DNA from: an uncultured virus (IMG/VR IMGVR_UViG_3300042914_003341)
Lineage: Duplodnaviria; Heunggongvirae; Uroviricota; Caudoviricetes
IMG/VR virus record: IMGVR_UViG_3300042914_003341
Strand: one strand, 5' to 3'
DNA length: 64,000 nt
Shown: positions 58,663-64,000 of the stretch, in pieces
How the letters are laid out: every line of letters begins with the position of its first letter
Position numbering within the stretch: position 1 is the stretch's first letter
Position numbers and translations under genes: made by a program
The notes under the pieces: generated by a model
The model's database searches: none
What the model was told of the DNA's origin: nothing
The model's input: the letters and a program-made list of their open reading frames with translations, nothing else

Positions 58663-59757
58663 TCACTTCATTGAGAGATACTTGTCTGAGACGTTCTTCA
58701 GAGAAATACGGCCGACCTGCGGATGGATGCGCTCCTTTGGAGTCTTGACGACAAGACCTTCACGGATCTTTTGTCCTGGAAAGATCTTCTCATCTGATTC
58801 CTCTGAGAGTTTCCAGAGGAGCTCCTTGTTGTGTTTGCCGCGATAAACCACGGGCACAGTTTCACCGATGCCTGCCATGAGCTCAGTATCGTCGATCAGA
58901 CGCGCGTTGTCGACCCACTTCCCATCAACAAGGATATCAAACACGGCAAACCCGAACACTCCCTCCGGTTTTGCATATGCAAACTGAGCACCCTGACAAC
59001 GTGTGCCATAGACCTCGCCATACAGAACCTTGCCAGGATTGTTCCTGCACCAAGTCTCAATCCATGGGTTGTCCTCCAGCGTCTGCCACCAGTTGCTGTT
59101 TGGTGCAAGAATATCCTTCGGAACTTCCTCGCCAGTCACTTCATCCTTGACAGTGACAGTCTTGATGAACTTCCCTGGACGCTTCTTCCAGGTTGTCCTG
59201 CTTCCACAGAACATGTCATTCCCATCAAACACATACCTTGCGTTCTGGCCGTGAATCTTGACGGAATAGATCACGTCGTCTTCACCCTCGACCAGAACAG
59301 AGTTGTTCTTGCGAATGTTCTCCAGATCATAGACTGGAGCATTCACCTCTGGTCCTGTCTCACACAGACCAGACATTGCATCAGTGGGGCCACCGAGAGA
59401 ACCACGAGGAGGAGGCGGCTCATACCTTTCAACACCGAAATGATCCCAGGCATTGTCTCCTTCAACCATACCTTCGGGAGCTGGGAGGAGAAGACCATAG
59501 GACTGTTGGCCGCGAAACCTTCGCGTGGTGATGCGCTCGAAGTCGCGACCCTTTCCAGTGTCAAGGAATGAGAACTCAATCCTGTTCAGGGGAACCTTGG
59601 TGTCAGGCTCAATGAAGGCAGCAAGGTCACCCTCCTGAAACTGACCACGCTTGACCACACAGGGATAGTCCCAGATCATGGTCAGAACAATAGAGTCCGC
59701 ACACTCAATCGGAGTGACAGGACCAACCTTCACAATGCGTACTTCGTGTGTGCTCAT
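58663..59757 (-). CDS. RNA ligase, DRB0094 (Rnl5) family
   Basis: N-terminal OB-like PI..AD.I..CVV.RGQF..GDLA.FIEPD..RFRGQ.S.GLL; KIHGQN, LYGEVYG, VFDI, REGLVVK, LK.VS..YL. Confidence 0.9.
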   Translation of the reverse strand: MSTHEVRIVKVGPVTPIECADSIVLTMIWDYPCVVKRGQFQEGDLAAFIEPDTKVPLNRIEFSFLDTGKGRDFERITTRRFRGQQSYGLLLPAPEGMVEGDNAWDHFGVERYEPPPPRGSLGGPTDAMSGLCETGPEVNAPVYDLENIRKNNSVLVEGEDDVIYSVKIHGQNARYVFDGNDMFCGSRTTWKKRPGKFIKTVTVKDEVTGEEVPKDILAPNSNWWQTLEDNPWIETWCRNNPGKVLYGEVYGTRCQGAQFAYAKPEGVFGFAVFDILVDGKWVDNARLIDDTELMAGIGETVPVVYRGKHNKELLWKLSEESDEKIFPGQKIREGLVVKTPKERIHPQVGRISLKNVSDKYLSMK

Positions 59758-59794
59758 CTTGATGCCTTGACCCTAACATGTTGTGTTGTGGCTG

Positions 59795-60136
59795 TCAAGA
59801 GCATTGGACAAGTGCATCAGCTATGTCAAAGATCATCTGAAAAGCCTCATGTCGCGCTGAGCTTGTCGAACCTTTGTACAATCCACCAACAGACAGGTCA
59901 AAAGCATCAGAGAAATTTTCGAAATCATCATGATCTATTGCCATGTAAATTGCTTTGCGCAAAACGTACGACAGACTTGGCGCTCCGTAAGGACTAAACT
60001 TGATCTGATCAAAGTTTTGTCGGTTGTTGAACAAGACGGTATGAACACGATTTGCTAGTATCTGTGTGTATCTGATACTCATCGCCCATGCCTCCCTATA
60101 ATCGATCCAGTGGCAGTTCTCATTGTTTTGCGGCAA
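59795..60136 (-). CDS. ELAD-motif family protein
   Basis: C-terminus MIFDIADALVQCS*. Confidence 0.75.
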   Translation of the reverse strand: MPQNNENCHWIDYREAWAMSIRYTQILANRVHTVLFNNRQNFDQIKFSPYGAPSLSYVLRKAIYMAIDHDDFENFSDAFDLSVGGLYKGSTSSARHEAFQMIFDIADALVQCS

Positions 60137-60151
60137 AGACCTGTTGTGGAC

Positions 60152-60430
60152 TCAGGGTGCCCCAGAATTAATCTGTGGAGCTCCTGATGAGAGACACAAC
60201 ACATCACCAAGCTCTGCAAATGAAATGATGTTTTCCAATAGAAGTAAACGTTTCAATGGGTTGAAGGAATATACCCTGATGGCATCATCGGTCAGATCAA
60301 CAATCTGATTATCGACAGGCATGCAAAGTAAGCCAGATCTGGCGTTTAACCGATCTTGCCAGTACCGGTGCCACCGTGGCACACGTGCGCACACATCCTC
60401 TGCTAGCAGAAATGTAGATATATCGCTCAT
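60152..60430 (-). CDS. ELAD-motif family protein
   Basis: VPRWHRYW..SFAELGDVLCLS. Confidence 0.75.
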   Translation of the reverse strand: MSDISTFLLAEDVCARVPRWHRYWQDRLNARSGLLCMPVDNQIVDLTDDAIRVYSFNPLKRLLLLENIISFAELGDVLCLSSGAPQINSGAP

Positions 60431-60618
60431 TGTTGTTGAAGCATGTCTCCCAGGACTATGAGCGTTTCATTGCCCTTGAAATATGTGAACGCATGACTCA
60501 CGTTGTCTTCCATGACCAAAGCGTCAAGAGCAATGATGAAATAAGAAACAGTTGGCTTTGGCTTATGAGCATCGACACGAACCAAGTCGTCGAACAGCTT
60601 GTTGTATTTGTTTAGCAT
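60427..60618 (-). CDS. ELAD-motif family protein
   Basis: C-terminus TLIVLGDMLQQQ*. Confidence 0.7.
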   Translation of the reverse strand: MLNKYNKLFDDLVRVDAHKPKPTVSYFIIALDALVMEDNVSHAFTYFKGNETLIVLGDMLQQQ

Positions 60619-60890
60619 TGCAGTGCGTCTCCTATGTCAAAGAAAAGTTCGAACATTTTCCAGCCGCCATACTCTGTGTGGTCCGTACTAATATCTTCTA
60701 TATCATCATATAGAAGTTTGCCACCGATTGCATAACGCACCGAATGACAAATCACGTATGCTATTTGACTGCCGTAGCCAACACGACCAGGGCTGCTCAA
60801 TAAAGCATCCATTTCTTTTACAGAATCTGAGATCCTTTGTGTGAGATCGAGCAGGTCATGGGCCACGTTGCACCAAAAACATATCTCCAA
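60612..60890 (-). CDS. ELAD-motif family protein (start uncertain)
   Basis: C-terminus LFFDIGDALQC*. Confidence 0.7.
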   Translation of the reverse strand: MEICFWCNVAHDLLDLTQRISDSVKEMDALLSSPGRVGYGSQIAYVICHSVRYAIGGKLLYDDIEDISTDHTEYGGWKMFELFFDIGDALQC

Positions 60891-61068
60891 GTTCCGCTAT
60901 GAGCAAACCATTGGCTAGTTTGTCTTCTGGCTTTCTGTATCTCCTGATGAAATCATCCACCAGATCCACAAACAACACAGTGCCGTAGTTTGTACCTATT
61001 GTACGCCAATATTCACCCCAGCTTGGCAGCTTTCTTGAAACATCAATACGACCCGGGGTGCTACTCAC
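60856..61068 (-). CDS. ELAD-motif family protein
   Basis: LPSWGEYW..LIAELGDMFLV. Confidence 0.75.
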   Translation of the reverse strand: MSSTPGRIDVSRKLPSWGEYWRTIGTNYGTVLFVDLVDDFIRRYRKPEDKLANGLLIAELGDMFLVQRGP

Positions 61069-61540
61069 TGATCATATCTCCTAACTGAGCAAGCTCGATC
61101 AGCCGTTGAATTTCTTCGATTGAAACTTGGTAACCTAGCCGCGGCGGATCTTGGTGAAAATTAAACCAGATAGGATGACGGCTGCCAATGTAGGAGGTTG
61201 GTGTTTTCGCGAACAGCAAACTGATCAAATCGTCCACTGGTTCGAACCGGTGTTCATCCGAATCCGGATCCCGCGCGCCTAGAATATGATGTGCAAGTAT
61301 CGCAGGAGCCCTCTGAAGGGAACAAACAATAACATTCACCATCCAGCTCTTGCGAGTTTTGATGTCGGGAAGAATGTCGTGGTGATACATATTCCAGTTG
61401 TAATGGTTGAGATCTCTGTATTCCGGGGGGCGCATTTGCAACTCAAACTGAATCTTTTCCATGGCCGCAATATAACCATCAGAGAACCTGTCTCGATCAT
61501 CTTTTTCGTCAATCAGGCACACGGCATTCTTATCAGACAT
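61061..61540 (-). CDS. ELAD-motif family protein
   Basis: C-terminus LIELAQLGDMISE*. Confidence 0.75.
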   Translation of the reverse strand: MSDKNAVCLIDEKDDRDRFSDGYIAAMEKIQFELQMRPPEYRDLNHYNWNMYHHDILPDIKTRKSWMVNVIVCSLQRAPAILAHHILGARDPDSDEHRFEPVDDLISLLFAKTPTSYIGSRHPIWFNFHQDPPRLGYQVSIEEIQRLIELAQLGDMISE

Positions 61541-61543
61541 TGG

Positions 61544-61774
61544 TCACTGTACCTTTGTTGGCTGTGAGACGGAGAACTGATCGGCCAATGCGATCATCAA
61601 TTCAAAGTCGAATGATCTGATATCATCAAAGAACGTTGGCAGAGCTAGCCGTCCGCAATCTATGGCATTAAACAATTGATATTTGATTGCGTACGTCATC
61701 GCGCGCATCTTTTCGCCGCCAACACACGCATCATGAACGTTGCATGCAATGTCATGGACAGAAGAACGACTCAT
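61544..61774 (-). CDS. ELAD-motif family protein (probably leaderless)
   Basis: LMIALADQFSVS; ATG 6 nt after the -10 box. Confidence 0.7.
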   Translation of the reverse strand: MSRSSVHDIACNVHDACVGGEKMRAMTYAIKYQLFNAIDCGRLALPTFFDDIRSFDFELMIALADQFSVSQPTKVQ

Positions 61775-61817
61775 ATCTGAACCCTAGCAGGCAATGCATC
61801 CTGTGTCAAGTATAGCG

Positions 61818-62048
61818 TCAAGTCGCGAATCCGTCTGCCAGATCGATCAGGAGATCCAAGTCAGGGATGACAGTGGATTGTCCCGTGAAGTTCGGTAAGA
61901 AATATTTTGATGCGGCCGTTGGTTCATCGCCGCATAGGATTCTGAACGTGTTGTTGAGAAGATATAGAACATCATTCAAATATGCTGTCATGCCGCCATA
62001 TGACGCGATGGCATTGCTTCGTATCTTTCCGTAATCAATCTTCTTCAT
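61818..62048 (-). CDS. ELAD-motif family protein
   Basis: Start refined to MKKIDY; C-terminus LLIDLADGFAT*. Confidence 0.75.
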   Translation of the reverse strand: MKKIDYGKIRSNAIASYGGMTAYLNDVLYLLNNTFRILCGDEPTAASKYFLPNFTGQSTVIPDLDLLIDLADGFAT

Positions 62049-62344
62049 AGCAAGAAGGTATCTCCAAGCTCGGCAAGGAGAGAAAGACGACAATAACGCG
62101 GGTTTCCGTTTATGAGAGAAAGATGACAATAACGCGGGTTTCCGTTTATAGGATCGCGCAGCACCGGCCAAAAACGCAAAACATCATCAACAGACTCAAC
62201 CAGTTCATCAATCGATTCTGCAATGTCCCCGTTGTGATTGTGATGGTGCCCATTGAAGTTCGTGCTATCACCCCAGTATATACGCCATCTTGGCAACCGA
62301 TTGCTAATATTGAAATCATCTAAGCGATCTAAGCGATTAGTCAT
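62045..62344 (-). CDS. ELAD-motif family protein with an internal 12-aa duplication
   Basis: LPRWRIYW..(INGNPRYCxLSL)x2 LAELGDTFLL*. Confidence 0.75.
   Translation of the reverse strand: MTNRLDRLDDFNISNRLPRWRIYWGDSTNFNGHHHNHNGDIAESIDELVESVDDVLRFWPVLRDPINGNPRYCHLSLINGNPRYCRLSLLAELGDTFLL
62078..62149. repeat. 36-bp tandem duplication (1 mismatch)
   Basis: gagagaaaga(c/t)gacaataacgcgggtttccgtttat twice. Confidence 0.95.
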
Positions 62345-62562
62345 TGAGCACCTAACATGTCTGCCAGCTCAAAGAACAGATCAAACGCTGCATTGCCGCC
62401 AAACCTTTTATAATCACAGACTGCGTATTGTATATGCCTCGTTACGAAACTGTTTTCTAAAGCATCTAAGACTCCGTGACGAGTAACATAAACAACCTGC
62501 ACCATTATTCGATCGTAGTCTGGGAAGGCTTTATTTAACGCGAGGCTTGTAGTTCTAGTCAT
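62341..62562 (-). CDS. ELAD-motif family protein
   Basis: C-terminus LFFELADMLGAQ*. Confidence 0.75.
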   Translation of the reverse strand: MTRTTSLALNKAFPDYDRIMVQVVYVTRHGVLDALENSFVTRHIQYAVCDYKRFGGNAAFDLFFELADMLGAQ

Positions 62563-62798
62563 GACTCTGATGAATTGGTTTTTTGGTTGATGATAATGAA
62601 CATGTCTCCCAGGTCTGCGAGCAAGGCGATATCCTCTGGCGCCTTGATCATCAGGCGCACATCAAAACAGCTTTTGAGCTTGTAGTACATGTAAGCATAG
62701 TAGCAAACATCGTCTGCTGGATGGCCGATATGGTCTGGCCAGTCTTCCGGGACAAGGCCCATGTCTGTTGGTATGTTGTATAACTGTTGCCATTTCAT
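62559..62798 (-). CDS. ELAD-motif family protein
   Basis: LLADLGDMFIII near the C-terminus. Confidence 0.75.
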   Translation of the reverse strand: MKWQQLYNIPTDMGLVPEDWPDHIGHPADDVCYYAYMYYKLKSCFDVRLMIKAPEDIALLADLGDMFIIINQKTNSSES

Positions 62799-63697
62799 TG
62801 GCTTAGCAGCTTGGTCAATCTGTCATGAGTTGTTTGCGGCGAAAACCAGAACGTCGTTGTAGGTTCTTTGCAGTAATCCTCCAGAAGATCGACCACTGGC
62901 TCATACTGCGAGCGTTGATAGGTATAAAACCTTGCGCCGGTCAGTGTGTCGACATGTTCTTCTAGACCTTTGCAACCAAACCTGGGATTGTTCTCTCGTT
63001 CTGCCGCCAGCTCCTGCTCGGACATGGTGACATCTGCCTTGATATGTTTGAACAACCTGCCACAACGCCTGTGTGTTGGCAGCGACAGCCATGGAGTTGC
63101 ACCTTCGTTTCTTCCATCTTCTGTGTGAGCAATGAGCTGTGCAGAGTTCATGCCACTTAGCTCCTTGTTTGATGAATATTGGCGTGCCCACTGAGCCACT
63201 GAGTTCCTCCTGGCATCACACATCCTCCAGCAGATGTTTGCCGCAACATCTTCGCAAGTTGGCAGCGAAAAAGCTCTGGCATCGAACGTCGCCATATCTC
63301 CGGATATCTTGCCAGAAGCTTGAGCAAACTTTGTCGTCATCATCGACGCCATCAGGGTCGAGAACTTCAAGATTCTTCCGCCGCTCAGTTGGTTCACCTT
63401 GCTGGGTTCGAACACCATGGTGAGTTCATCTGAGAATGTGTAAAGCAGCGCTGGAGCATAGACCTTCGCCATGGCCAAAGCTGTGTCAGTCATTGCTTTC
63501 TCAAAGGCTGGATGCCATGTGTCCTTGTTGCCTTGAGCAGTTGGATAGTTTTCCTTGACCCAAGTAGAGAACCCATGGCCATCCAAACGAACAACCGCCC
63601 ATTCAAGTGGAGTTAGTTGTTTTTTGCCGCGAAACCTCTCCTCGATGTCCTTGAAGTGGTTCCCAGAATCATTGATACCTCTGATGTTCATTTGCAT
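62795..63697 (-). CDS. Thg1-like tRNA(His) guanylyltransferase / 3'-5' polymerase (TLP)
   Basis: VVRLDGHGFS, YTFSDELT, GRILKFS..AS, FDARAF, WR..DARRNSV. Confidence 0.9.
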   Translation of the reverse strand: MQMNIRGINDSGNHFKDIEERFRGKKQLTPLEWAVVRLDGHGFSTWVKENYPTAQGNKDTWHPAFEKAMTDTALAMAKVYAPALLYTFSDELTMVFEPSKVNQLSGGRILKFSTLMASMMTTKFAQASGKISGDMATFDARAFSLPTCEDVAANICWRMCDARRNSVAQWARQYSSNKELSGMNSAQLIAHTEDGRNEGATPWLSLPTHRRCGRLFKHIKADVTMSEQELAAERENNPRFGCKGLEEHVDTLTGARFYTYQRSQYEPVVDLLEDYCKEPTTTFWFSPQTTHDRLTKLLSQ

Positions 63698-63921
63698 TTT
63701 GTCTCCGATGCGAAGATATCAGCCAACTCGCACATTGTAAAGAGAACAGCGCGATTGTAGCCCTCCACACACTCATATCCTTGGTCTTGATAATAGCAAT
63801 TGCTGTTTATTCGACTCGCTATTTTTAACACAATCATCGAAATCGACCCAACATGCTGTTTGGTATTCACGAATAATCCATAAGCCCGTGGGATAACCAC
63901 AAGTCTTGGTCGCTGTATCAT
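63688..63921 (-). CDS. ELAD-motif family protein; the frame stays open upstream through a second motif (FELADHF) at the window edge
   Basis: C-terminus TMCELADIFASETKCK*; promoter at ~63935-63963. Confidence 0.7.
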   Translation of the reverse strand: MIQRPRLVVIPRAYGLFVNTKQHVGSISMIVLKIASRINSNCYYQDQGYECVEGYNRAVLFTMCELADIFASETKCK

Positions 63922-64000
63922 TGCGACTGAACGAACCATAGCAGCAGCAGTCGTGGTTGTCAAGTGGGCTTGGAAATGATCTGCTAATTCAAACAAAACA

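Larger units (their letters stand above)
486..63963 (-). promoter_or_regulatory. Dispersed family of ~70 strong early sigma70-type promoters
   Basis: Plus-strand pattern acc/tta|actcta|accata-gca-N14-tgtcaag. Examples (-10 start to -35 end): 486-514, 821-849, 1203-1231, 1961-1989, 2945-2973, 3054-3082, 3136-3164, 8652-8680, 10388-10416, 16005-16033, 36318-36346, 46643-46671, 61781-61809. Spacer 17 bp, rarely 18. Confidence 0.92.

Noticed and set aside
162..63740. Long plus-strand ORFs (e.g. 4725-5405, 12287-13069, 18699-19757, 58831-59571)
   Set aside because: They are antisense shadows of motif-bearing minus-strand genes, with no promoters or recognisable motifs. Only 27498-28334 is accepted.
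30827..64000. Short ELAD ORFs as fragments of longer genes caused by stop-codon recoding or a diversity-generating retroelement
   Set aside because: Successive ORFs change frame through ATGA overlaps, end in all three stop codons and each carries its own motif. Known enzymes translate full-length in the standard code, and no reverse transcriptase or TR/VR pair is visible.

Overview
This window looks like the early/accessory ('host-takeover') region of a large lytic bacteriophage, probably a jumbo phage. It contains no structural, terminase or replication genes. About 140 mostly small genes lie almost entirely on the minus strand, and the only convincing plus-strand CDS is an HNH endonuclease at 27498-28334. 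Genes sit in cassettes behind roughly 70 near-identical sigma70-type promoters (minus strand CTTGACA-N17-[TGC]TAAGGT/TAGAGT/TATGGT). Recognisable functions are dominated by RNA/tRNA repair and nucleotide metabolism: three different RNA ligases, a Thg1-like guanylyltransferase, an RNase Z-like MBL hydrolase, two metallophosphoesterases, an HD nucleotidase, a Zn deaminase and a DenV-like glycosylase. There are also four intact tRNA genes, four pentapeptide-repeat proteins and HNH endonucleases. The most striking unexplained feature is a family of about 50 small, otherwise unrelated proteins (30.8-64 kb) in translationally coupled arrays. All end in the same C-terminal motif, roughly [FL]-x-[ED]-[LIM]-[AGC]-D-[hydrophobic]-[LFI] ('ELAD'), which suggests a shared docking or sorting tag. 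Other notable observations are a class II tRNA-Leu gene split at its anticodon loop by a cassette carrying an HNH gene plus a replacement tRNA-Leu(TAA); a ~145-bp inverted repeat with a perfect 26-bp palindromic core flanked by mirror-image divergent promoters; 12-bp-periodic TTGAC boxes upstream of some promoters; and a dispersed quasi-palindromic TTTT(C)GCSGC(G)AAAA motif. All annotations come from reading motifs by eye; no database search was run, and counts are manual and approximate.
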